Source of the DNA: Lingula anatina
Lineage: Eukaryota; Animalia; Brachiopoda
Reading direction: 5' to 3'
Assembly: GCA_051362555.1 (NCBI GenBank)
Contig: CM120640.1
Coordinates: 53,918,788-53,982,787 of the forward strand
DNA length: 64,000 nt
Both the position numbers and the translations under genes were made by a program. Below, in pieces: positions 49,601 through 60,800 of the stretch (positions are counted from its first letter, which is position 1; each line of letters opens with the position of its first letter). The notes beneath the pieces are model-generated. The model did not search any database and had not been told where the DNA came from. It worked only from the letters and a program-made list of their open reading frames with translations.

Positions 49601-52600
49601 AAAATTATATATCTGGAAGTTTGATGATTTTTGCCTATTAAAAAGACCGGGTAATTATCATAATAATTCCATTCATCTCAGTTCATTTAGTGAATTTACC
49701 AATTCATATTATTGCACAATCTAGCCTATTGTTGCAAATAAACATTATTGTAATTTTTTTTTACAGCTTTTTACTCTTTTTTTTTTTTTTTGCAGATCTC
49801 AGACTTTGGCATAGCAACTCTACAGAGGATCACACAGAAACAGTTTTCATCCAGAAGTGGTGGAAATAAAGGAACTGTGACACATACAGCACCAGAATTT
49901 TTCCAAAATATTAGAACCAAGCCGAGTGAAAAGACAGATGTGTTTAGGTATTTTAGTAGTGCATCAAATAAATACTATAGTTTTTCCCCCATTTGGATTG
50001 CTTTATTAACATAAGATTTCCAGGTCACTGACTAGACTGAAGTTTCTACTGTGTTCTTTATGTAATGATTTTTTACACAGAAAATTGCCCTTAATAAAAA
50101 ACATCTTTGTTAGTCAATAACAACTAAACTGAATTCATCTGTGTACTTTTGAGAACTACCTGCATTCAGAGGATGACAATAAACTGATGGAATATAATAA
50201 AAATGTTTTGTAATACCAGTCTTCAACATAGATATATTTTTATTTACATTTCAGCTTTGGAATCACTCTGTATGAGATAGTGGTAGGATGTTCCCCATAT
50301 CCTGGTTAGTTCACTTTATTTAAATGAGTTTCTTCCTCTTGTTATGCCTCTTTTCAATACATTTAATTTTGAATTGATGGGAAGGTTCTGATAAATTTAA
50401 GTTATAGTTTTATAGTACATGAAAAAAAAACTTAAAATAAAATGGAACAAGATATATTTAAGCTTTCATACCTAAAGAATATAAGTAATTTTATTTTTTC
50501 CTTTTCCAGATTCTGCAACGGATGAAATGATTGTCCAAAGTCTCAAGGATGGCAATTCACCATTTGATGAAGAGGCCATTGGCCAGCTTAGGCAACAGCG
50601 TTGTCCAAACTTTCTGATTGAATTGATGGAAAACTGTGTGTTAAAAGATGCCAGTAAAAGACCACTGTTTAAAGGTAATGTCTAAAATTCTTTTGTGTGT
50701 TCTACGCACAAAGTTGCCTCAAATCATTGACTTTCGAAACATTACCTAGACTCAAATATTACTTCTATACATGTTGATGTAAAAAGTTCAGTATTTTGTG
50801 TATGTTAATAAGTCATATATTTCATCTTTGTAGAAATTGCAACAACATTACACACAGAATACTTCATGAAATATGAACCAGATTATAATTTAGGGTGTGT
50901 AGAACTTTACCAGAGACTCTGCTCACACCAGGTACTGTGCATTGCTTCTTTTTTGACATGATGGTATGACTGTTAATGTGGAATGTTTTTGATTCTTCAC
51001 AATTATGATTTGAAGTAATGTTTTCAATATGTGCTGAATTATAAAATATTGAGTAGTATCATTAAAATTTCTCATAATTTAATATTTGCAGGAATGTCAT
51101 ATTTTGTGAAAGAAGCATTTGATGGATAAAATTTTAATTACCCCAGGACTCCCTTTTGCATATTTCTGTTTGATTGTGTAAAAAGATTTGTTATATATGT
51201 AGATGGTGTAATAAGTTTATTTGAATTACAATTTCCACAGCCTGGAACAACCGGTCCATCTTTCAGCCACGTGGAAGCTAATGTCGATATCACAGATGCA
51301 CCTGTTCAGCAAGGTATGACAGCGAGATCATTTGAGATGTGTTGGAAATCTATAACTAAGATATTTGCTATTGTTGAGACACAATGATCAAGGCAAATTT
51401 TATTTCATAACTAAACATTGCTTTACATGTAAGCGCCAGTGGGCTTTAGTCATTTGTATTTGCCAGGTTTTGATGTGGTGTTCAAGTTGTATTTTGGGAT
51501 GTATTAATTTATTATTTTCAAATAAAGAGAACCCAAAATGTAAAAGATACTTGAAATCTGGCATCATTGGTTCTTTCTTTTTGAGTGTTCTGGAGGGCTA
51601 CTGACTTTTAAAAAGTTAAGTATTGGTATATATTTTGCATTGGTTCTTTCTGTAAGATCTTGCTTTCTACACTTCAGGTCCACAAACACAGGTGAAGACA
51701 GCTTGGCCTTTACAAGGACCCAGCAGCATAGGTCAGCCTAGACCACCTTATGTACAGCTCTCTAGTAATTGGCAACAGTGTATGGCAGGACCTGCAGTTC
51801 CACCACAAAGTCACTATTCACCACCCCCATCTTATCACTCCGAGGACCCTCGAGCAAACCATAACCCACTTCATCTTTCAGAGAGAAGAGATGTACATCA
51901 AACACCAGCAGGGAGCACAGACACAACAAGAAAAGTTCCCTATAACCAAAACCCCCACAACAAGTTCCAGTTACATTCCTCAGAATCATTACCAGGAAAT
52001 GGTCAATTTGGTACGTCATTTCCTGATCCAGGTAGAACACCTTCAGATGTCTCAAGTATTCATTATCCGCACCAGGAAAGCGGGAAACCCAAACCAGAGC
52101 CGCCTTTATTTGAGGAATCTATGCATATTGGAGGCAGAAATTTTCCTCATGACGAACAAATGTTCAGTCCTCCTGATCAGACAAGTTCGTCTCCTTTATT
52201 TGCAACCTCAAACCTTTCACCTAATGTTGGAGCCATGGCAGGTCCTGCAACTGCAAGAAGTGAGCCAAGATCGTATAGTCCTTCTGTACGTGAACAGCAA
52301 GCAAGGCTCAGGCAGCTAGCCCAGCATGTCCAAGGAAGTGATGTGGGAAATAATATTGGAAGGTACACAAGGGAATTACAATCTTTGAGAAATGACATAG
52401 AAATGAGTAAAATGAAAGATAAGATAAGTGAATTAGAAAATGAGAAAATGAAATCCCAGATTCGTGAAATATTTGAAAAACTTGCAGGTCAAGGAAGGAA
52501 TATTTCACAGCCTTCATATGGAGTTTTGCAGCAAAATTGTGTAAATAATTACCAGCAAATTGTTCAGGACATTCAGCCAAAAAATTTACTGTCCTATTTA

Positions 52601-52795
52601 ATTCAAGATGGATTCTTGACCATCGATGATGCAGATTGTATTAAATCCAAACAAATACGCCGTGATATGGCAGAAGAGCTTCTTAACATCTTACTTACTA
52701 AACCTGAAAGTGCCATGCATTGCCTTGCAGTTGCTTTGTGTGAAAATGGACAGGGACATTTGTCGTATCTTATTGACCCCAACTTTCATTTCTAG
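46670..52795 (+). CDS. RIP-family (TKL) Ser/Thr kinase with low-complexity linker, coiled coil and C-terminal CARD, 8 coding exons
   Basis: join(46670..46875,47212..47515,49796..49947,50255..50304,50510..50674,50834..50931,51241..51313,51678..52795); phases consistent. LGQGGFGAVY, AVK, LVMEFMEHGSL, HRDIKIQNILV, ISDFG, GTVTHTAPE, DVFSFGI. Last ~90 aa (IVQDIQPKNLLSYLIQDGFLT..AEELLNILLTK..ALCENGQGHL) show a CARD-like pattern. Confidence 0.88.
47900..49160 (+). mobile_element. Second copy of Helentron-like family A, with a nested inverted-repeat element at ~48290-48700
   Basis: cacagatgtgtctgtacatatagcc start, two ~160 bp units, shared internal sequence with 11990-12390, and the same 3' end gtctgtacatttgagagctttgctgccttg. 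Confidence 0.75.
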
Positions 52796-54716
52796 ATTTT
52801 GTGATGATAAAACCCTTCCAACTGTAAATATGACTAGGAAGCCGACAGTGAGGTTTAGAAAATCAGAACAACTTGAGGAAACTGTTAAATGGTTATGACA
52901 TGACCATTCAATTTTTTGTTTTATGTTTTAGAGTATTTTCACAGTAAAACTGTAAATGTCACTCGATTGCTGTAGATAAATGGTGCTTTTAGTGTAATGA
53001 AATTCCATAAATTTGGTCATTTTAGTTAAGTAATTAACACCCAAAAATACTTATATCCTATGCCTTTTTTATAACAAAGTTTCAGTCTGGTGTGATGAAC
53101 TTCAATTTTATAATTTGCATCAGCTGTATGTGGTGTAATTAATATCTAGAAATGTCAATATCCTAAACTCGTATTGTATTTGTGGATGAATTCTGTTAGC
53201 AAATGCATGCACCAAATGCGTTTGATAACATACCTATGTGGAATGCTATTAGATGACTTTACTTAAGATAATCCTTGTAAAAAAAGTCAACCTTTTTGTA
53301 CAGTCTGTGTGAAAAGAAGAAATGTTATTGAAAAAAAATTTAACATGACAATAACAATAAAAATCCCAAGGTTTGGTAAGGGTACCAAGACCTTTGGTTA
53401 AATATAACAGTGATTGACAAACTAGATGGAGTAGGTGTTTCTTGGAAGTATGCCAGGTTAAAAAAATGTAGCAACATTAATCCAAATCTCATTTTTCTCC
53501 AGGAGGCTCAGAAAGTATGAAACTCGCGACTCCCCTGCATGAATTTGAAAACCAATTTTTTATTTGTTGTGCAAATTTTAAATTTTTAACAAATTGGCAG
53601 TTTGCAGGTGTCACTTCTAAACCATGTGCAACTTAAATTTTCTGAACATCCACAGTAACAGTTGTGTAGTACACAACTCAAAATTAGGTTTATGTTGTTA
53701 AGCATTATGTAACAAATAATTGCATCAAAATTGTGAAAAAAAAATGTGCACTGCCATCAAACACCACAAAGAAAAATTATTTTCCAACTTATCCGACTAA
53801 TATACAGGAAAAAGGAACAGTTTGAGTGTGACAAGCAACTCGATTTCCCAGATGTGATATTTTCTGTAATTTTTTGTCAGACATGGCATTTTAAAGGCGT
53901 AATTTTGCATTTGCTAGGGCCTGAAGTCCTATGGCAGGTACGTTTTCCGAATATCCTAAGTGATAGCAGTACATACGTAAAAATTAGTCATTATGTAACA
54001 TTGCAACAAAATTGACAAAACATTTAATGCACGATCATCTTGAAACTGGTTTAGTTTTTAGACTTGCCAGTTTGTAATTTAAATGCCTGTCCATTTGACA
54101 GCTTTTCTGCCTTGATTGTATTGTATTGACTATTGCGACACGCAAATAACAGATCTTTTGTTAAAGACATCATGGTTGATGTAATTGAAAAAGCCTCATA
54201 AGCAAAGCCAATGTGGCGCAATCATGCATTCATACAAGAAACGTACAGACAGCAAACATGGACAATAAAAGTTTAACTTTAAAAACCATCATAGAACATT
54301 ATTGTATGCTGCTCTCAGTTAGCCAAAGGAGACGACCTTTCAAATGTTGGGCAACCGTCCACAACAGCCACTGGTTTGTTAATGTACCAGATATCTGGGG
54401 AATTCTTCAAAGAATTTAAAAGGGATAACATGTTGAACCAAATCCAGGTCTATTGTTAAAGAAAAGTAACTATGCTATTTTAGGGGGCACTTCTTTATTA
54501 CATAGAAGCCAAATTGCTTCAACTACTCAGAGATGTACACGTCTCTTTGAAGCACTCAATTGGGGGGGGGGGGGGGGAAGCAAGCAAGCAATGCTTTACA
54601 CCAAACCTTTTCTCTCCTTTTTTTCCCTCAGAAATGACAAAACAACATATTTGCTCAGTTTCATTTTTTTAATTTAATATTTTTTACAGTTCTTTTATTT
54701 TTTCACATAATGAAAT

Positions 54717-56787
54717 TCATTTTTTTGAAACGGATTCCCTTCCAGAATCTCCTCTGCTTTTTGAAGCAGACCTGCGACGCTCCATTTTCCTTTCCTTGGC
54801 TTCTTTCAACCTCTGAGCAAGGAGTTTCTGGTATTCTGCGGCTTCATCTCTCTTCTTAGCAGCTCTTCTTCTCTTGAGTGCCAAGCGATGTCTCTTACGC
54901 TGCAGCACCAGAGGAGTAATCAGACGCTGGATCTTGGGGGCCTTTGTTCTGGCCTTTTTACCTACATATAAGGATAAATTGTTATTAATAATAATGATAA
55001 TAATTTTAAGTCTAAAATCCATTAAAATTTTTCAGTGGACTTTACATAAAATTAAAAACTTAAGCCTTCCTAAATTTCACAATGACATGACTGACTAGTT
55101 CCGAAGCTTAAACTCCTTGCACACATACAAGCTGCAGGATAAAAATTTATTTCTCTTGGTGTGATACAAGTTTTATTTTTTGTTTACATCACTGACAAAA
55201 TTTAGTAAACATGGTTTTCAAGTCACAGTACAGCAGTAATGAAAAGTAAGAGATGAGAAAATAAAACCCACAGCAGTAGATCTAAAATTTTACAAACCTT
55301 CTTTTGCTGGTAAAGGACGCCTGACAACATACTGGCGGACATCATCTTCCTTTGTCAAATTGAAAAGCTTGCGGATCTTGCTAGCACGCTTGGGTCCCAA
55401 GCGACGAGGGATGGTTTTGTCAGTTAAACCTGGTATATCTTGTTCCCCTAAACAAAATTAAAATAAGAAAGATTAAAAAGCTGTTTCATAATGCTCAGGA
55501 AAGAATGTTTCAGTACAAATAGCTATATGAAACTGAAAAACTCAAGTAGGTAATCAAACTAGAACACAGTGACATACGATATAGTTATAAAGGAGAAATG
55601 CAGTCAACAGACCCAAGGTAATTTCACCGACTACCTGATTAAGATGCTATGAAAAGCAACTTGCATCTTAAAATTAATTCCCAAAATTGATGTGAAATGG
55701 CAAATATCAGAGAGCATGATAAAACTGTTCCTTTTCAGAAGAACATACACAAACAACAGTTACAAATGTACCTTTCTTTCAACATAGGAATGAATAAGGT
55801 TTCTTCATGTAAACCTGAGTCTTACCTTTCTTAACAATCACCAAGTTTAAGACGCTAAGGTTAGAATCCACAATGCAACCACGCACAGACTTTCTCTTGC
55901 GTTCTCCACTACGGCGCTCACGGTAACAGCTTTGGCCCTTGCCCAAAAGCAGCTTGACACGGCCATTGGTCAAAACCCCCTGCTTCATTGCGAAGCCTTG
56001 TTTGTCATTTCCGCCAGAAATTCGAACAACATATCCCTGAATCAAAAATTTGCTGGTATAACAACCATTAAATATCACATTTTTAAATCTTGACATGATG
56101 CAGGAGACCTCAGGGATTCTTCTTTATTTATAACATTTATGCTTCTTTTTTGCTTTCAAATTAATGTGAATTGCAATTTAAGAACAACCACCATATAACT
56201 CACCTTCCACTCATCTCCCAAACTTTCAGCACTGACTTCAGAAGCCATGCGCTTCTCATAGAAAGCTCGAATTTTCTTCTCATCATCAACTTCAATGAGC
56301 TTTTGACAGCCCGTCGCCGGGAAGGATATATTCAACTGAAATAGCAATTCAACACTAAGTAAACATTTGGTTATAGAAAATATCAGTATGTTACATTAGA
56401 AATAAGTTTTGATAACTATAAGACTGGTTTTAAATAAGTGAATTAATCAAAACTGATCTAAATTTCAAAGGCAAATTAACATTTCGTTTGCAACATGCTA
56501 TAGCATCATTATGAAAAAATCCAGAAGGTTGCCTTTTAAAGCAGAAATGGCCAGGTTAAATTGATAATTAAAGATCTCATAACCCATGCTGGATGCTGTA
56601 GGTGCAATAACACTGGTACCATCAAGGATACCCGTTAAAGAATCGTCTCCATCTTGTAACTTACAGGGTAATCAGCACATACATAGTGTATCTGGTATAA
56701 ACTGAGATACCTATGAGAGTCATGAAGAATATTATTTTATAGCATGGCCTTTCAGAAGATGTTCATAACTGGAATTATTACCTTCAT
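54717..56787 (-). CDS. RPS6: 40S ribosomal protein S6 (eS6), 5 coding exons
   Basis: complement(join(54717..54961,55298..55447,55826..56036,56204..56335,56782..56787)). [66 protein letters not shown]-terminal RRRSAS. Confidence 0.98.
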
Positions 56788-56824
56788 TTTCGACGGCCCC
56801 TACCAGGACAGTCTTAGGGGTGAT

Positions 56825-56832
56825 AAAGAGGC
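56825..56832 (-). promoter_or_regulatory. 5' terminal oligopyrimidine (TOP/TCT) start motif of RPS6
   Basis: Minus strand reads cctcttt about 40 nt upstream of the ATG, as expected for ribosomal protein genes. Confidence 0.7.
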
Positions 56833-57592
56833 CGACCAACCTTGAAAGCGCGAGAGGTCACGAGAGCCCAGATTATTGACCAATCAAAAGTCCCACATCC
56901 CGCGGCAGGTTTGTGCATGTTATCAACATGTATGAACTTCCCTTTAAATTGGATTAACAACTGTTTTTAGCATACGATGATAGCGATCCTCCAAAACTTG
57001 AGTTTGCATCGTTGAAAGGAAATACCATTTCACCAGGTGATTACTGTTTCAATAATTTGTCTATTATATCTGTTTGGTACTAGTAGTAATACTAAATGAT
57101 TTTTTTCTCTACGTACATGTAGTACATGTACTTCTTAATTATTACTTCTCTGAAAATTACTAGCTGTAGTTGTTGTAGCAATAGTGGCAGCAGCATCTGT
57201 AATATGGAAGAGGAGAATTTAGTCGGAGTACTCGTTTCCAATTAACCTATTGTTCTAAGTAGATCGGTCCAACACCTAGTCGCGGGGACTCGCCAAGTGA
57301 ATGCAATCAAATTAACACGCCTCCTCTTGGCATTGAGCAGAATGCAGCAAAGCTGGTGATTACACGAGTATTTGGGAAGTCCAGTTAAAACACGTGCTGT
57401 GCAATGAAACAAAAAAATGAAAATCAAGCAGGTATGTCAGTGAATTAAAAATCCCAGGGCTTTTATAATGCTTTGTGAGAGGAAAAGTTTGAGCTTGGAA
57501 ATCTCTTTTTAGGTGCTTTTGACATATGCATAAGTTAAGAAAGGTTTGTGCACTAGTGGAGTGTAAAGTGGAAATCAATCCATGTAAAAACT

Positions 57593-57765
57593 TAGGGGCG
57601 GATCCAGAGATTTTTTCTGACAGTCTTCCAAATTATCTTTGTTGATCCATCTTCCATTTTTGACCATCTTCTGACAGAAAAAAAAAAAATAGATACCAGT
57701 CAATGTTAACTTGAAAATCTGACTGTCTTCCAGAACACCCAGAAGATGGCCTCAATCTGCCCCTG
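57593..57765. mobile_element. ~170 bp hAT-like MITE (copy of 13209-13375)
   Basis: Ends taggggcggat / atctgcccctg, flanked by aaact; internal sequence is the reverse complement of the 13209 copy. Confidence 0.7.
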
Positions 57766-57879
57766 AAACTGACCTTCCATGAACTATTACATAAAGCTTT
57801 GTGGTCTCAAAATGTTTCTGCATACTAGTACTCTCTCATCTGCATGGTGATGGTTTCTAGGGTCAACTTGTAATGTTGA

Positions 57880-60800
57880 ATGGATTTAACAGAGCCATAC
57901 CTGTCTGAGTCCTCTGAGGCCTGCTTACTTGTCTCCAGCTCCCAAGTGGAAGAGACACAATATGCAGAATATGTGCCCAGCAACATATTTAACAGCTTAG
58001 CAATTTTACGGAAGGAAGGATCCATAAACAATAAAGAGGTAAACTAACATAATGCTGAATATCAGTTATTTTTACCTTTTGTGAGGGTCTGTTTTATTTG
58101 TAAGGGTCCTTTTTATGATCACCTGACCTTCACAATACATAAATAACCCTTTATAATATATCCTACATACAGTTGAATGGATAGAAAAAGTAATACAATA
58201 AAGATTTTATATTAAATGTTTTAAACTATTGTGATTTGATGTTCTTTAATAATCATTATTTTTTGGTTTGTTTAGGATACTTGTAAAGAGCTTGATGCCA
58301 CTCCTACATCAGAAGCTGAACTTGGTAAGCTTATGATAAGTATGTTTGCTGTACTGTATGTTTGCTCTTCTGTAACATGTTCAACATCCATTGCTCTCAG
58401 AAGCTGACAAGCTTACTGTGCAAATTTTTTGTTTTACTTCTACTTAAGGTTTACTATTACATATTGTCTAAAAACAATTGAGCTTGCATTATATTTTTGC
58501 ACAACATAAGACCATGAAACTTTCGTTTTTGATTTTCTTATAACAAAAGTGAACTTAATTCAGTTGGATGATTGGTTTTCTCTTCAGTTAAGCATGAATC
58601 AAAAACATCTAACATTGTGAAATATGTGAATCTAACTAAGTACCATTCACTGTTGCTCAGGATAGTTGCTCACCAAGTAGGTAAAGGCAAAACCATTTTT
58701 GTCAGAATACAAATGCACAAGCATTGTTTATAGATGAGTGCTTTTAGTGCACCCCTTATTCAAAGAATGATGCCAGTGTTATTTGAGCACTATTGGGTGT
58801 GATTTGATGTCATTTCAGATGGTAACAGGGCTGTAACTCTCACTGGACTTTCTGGTACCATTGGTAACAGAAATGCTGGAATAGGCCAAGGTGGGGAAAT
58901 GAGTACCAGTGGCTGTGGAGATGATGATCAAATGGAAAGAAATACAAGGGACAATGAAAATGATCGTGGAATAAACAGTGTTGAGGATGAAGAAATTAAA
59001 TCTGAAGAAAAAAGTGATGTTGAAATCCAAGATGGGTATGGTTTTTTTTAAATTAAAATTGATATCCAAGTGTAACATGTTATATTTTCCTAAGTCAGAA
59101 CATTTCATGTTGGAACTTTTTTAAATGAGAAAATGATATTTTTGGATTGCCTTTTACGCTTCACTGTCTTAACATCTTACATCAGGAAGGAAACCACTAC
59201 AAAAGAAGTAATTTGTTTTGGAGCAGTATTCAGCTGATAATGACTTATGTGTCAATATATATATATATTTTTTATATAATTTAGACACCCAGTGGGATTA
59301 AGAGCAGCCCAGGCTTGTAATTATAGTCCAGGTAGCACACTGATACAGAGTAAGTTGACATGAAAAACTGCATCCCAAATTTTGCTGGTCTGAAAATGCT
59401 TACTTGCATTTTTGTCAAATATGATTTCTTGAATTAAAATGTATATTTCATGTCAAGGTTTTTCACAGTCAAGCAAAATAGATGTGAGGAAGTAGATTTA
59501 GACAACTGGTGGGTGTGAAATAAACTGAATGTTTTTAAAGTGACTTTCATCGTTGAAGATATAGTAGAAGCCACCCAAAGTGAGGCAGAGGGTGATCATA
59601 TAAGTACCATCCTTGCAGCAGAAACAGACAGCAGGGAGGATGAACTTGGAGTACCTTTTCAAAATGGTCACTACAATGGAACACCACAGTAAGATATTTT
59701 TATAGATGTTGATTGTTTATTTCATGAGGTAAATTTTATATAACCCAGCTTCTCTATCAAGTGAAAGGGATATCTTAAACTAACCCTGATTAATGCTTAG
59801 CAAAACAATTATTTGACAAATACTGTGTGAGCTTGAAATAGTTTTTTGTGTGTTATGAATTTACTTTGCATACAGATAGATCAATCAAATATAATATATG
59901 AAAAAAAAGTGGAAATAAGTTTTGGCAATTTCTGTTTTAATGCACGAAGGATAGTAATGAACACAGTTTAATATGTTTATTGTTTTTGATTTGTTACCAG
60001 TGCTATAAGTGAGACAGAAAGTGGTGGTATAAGTGATGCCCCAACAGCTGTGGTCAGTGATACGGAGGGTCATGGCCAAGTCTTTGTGAAGAAAACACCT
60101 TTGGCCATGAAACCAAGAACACCAGGTATAAACTGTCTAATTTGCTTAACTTGAAAAGTGAAAAATCAGTTATAAGTAGTTTGGTGGTTTATGGTCATAG
60201 TGCTTTAAGTAAGGGCTTGAATATTACAAAATATTTTCAGATTTGAGTTATGATAGGACAATCAAAATATTTGTTTACTTTAAGACTGGGTTCCCATACT
60301 CAGATCGGTCCTTCTGGATCAACCTAACTCTTTGGGGGTTCAGGTTATATTGCTATCAGCTCAAGAGGCTTAAATGTCTGCCAGGACCTACTGAATCAGC
60401 TAGGGCTAAAGATAATTACCCCCTAACAGTTTTACTAGACGTGACAGACGTTTAAGCTGTTTAGTTTGATAGCAATTTAGTGAGACTCCCCAGGGAGATA
60501 GATCGATCCAAATATCTGTGGGAATGGTCCCTAAAGCTAATATGAGTAGTCTGAGACAATTAAAAAACATCCTGTAATTAAGGACTTGTTGATTTTTTCC
60601 AAGAACAAAAGATAATAATGAATTACCTTGTTTTGGCACCTGTGAATATTACAGGCAGCCCAGAGAAGAGCAGCAGCACTGTGACCACGAGTAACCTCAG
60701 TTCCTTCAGCAGCTCTTCCAGTGATGAGAGAGATTGGAACAGGTCATGGTCCATTCTAATATAAGTGGTATTGCGGCTGTTGAGATTGGACACTATTGTC

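Noticed and set aside
51740-52360. RHIM-like tetrads in the kinase linker (VQLS, MHIG, VQGS)
   Set aside because: None matches the (I/V)Q(I/V/L/C)G core with the usual flanking residues; too weak to call.
57204-57431. Apparent first coding exon with stops, suggesting the 53BP1-like gene is a pseudogene
   Set aside because: A better start at 57880 gives an uninterrupted phase-consistent chain, and the seemingly broken acceptor at ~61320 is resolved by the AG at 61329-61330. This segment is more likely 5' UTR.
59778-59790. ctaaccctga resembling a telomerase RNA template
   Set aside because: Only ~10 nt, in an AT-rich intron, with no visible pseudoknot or H/ACA domain.
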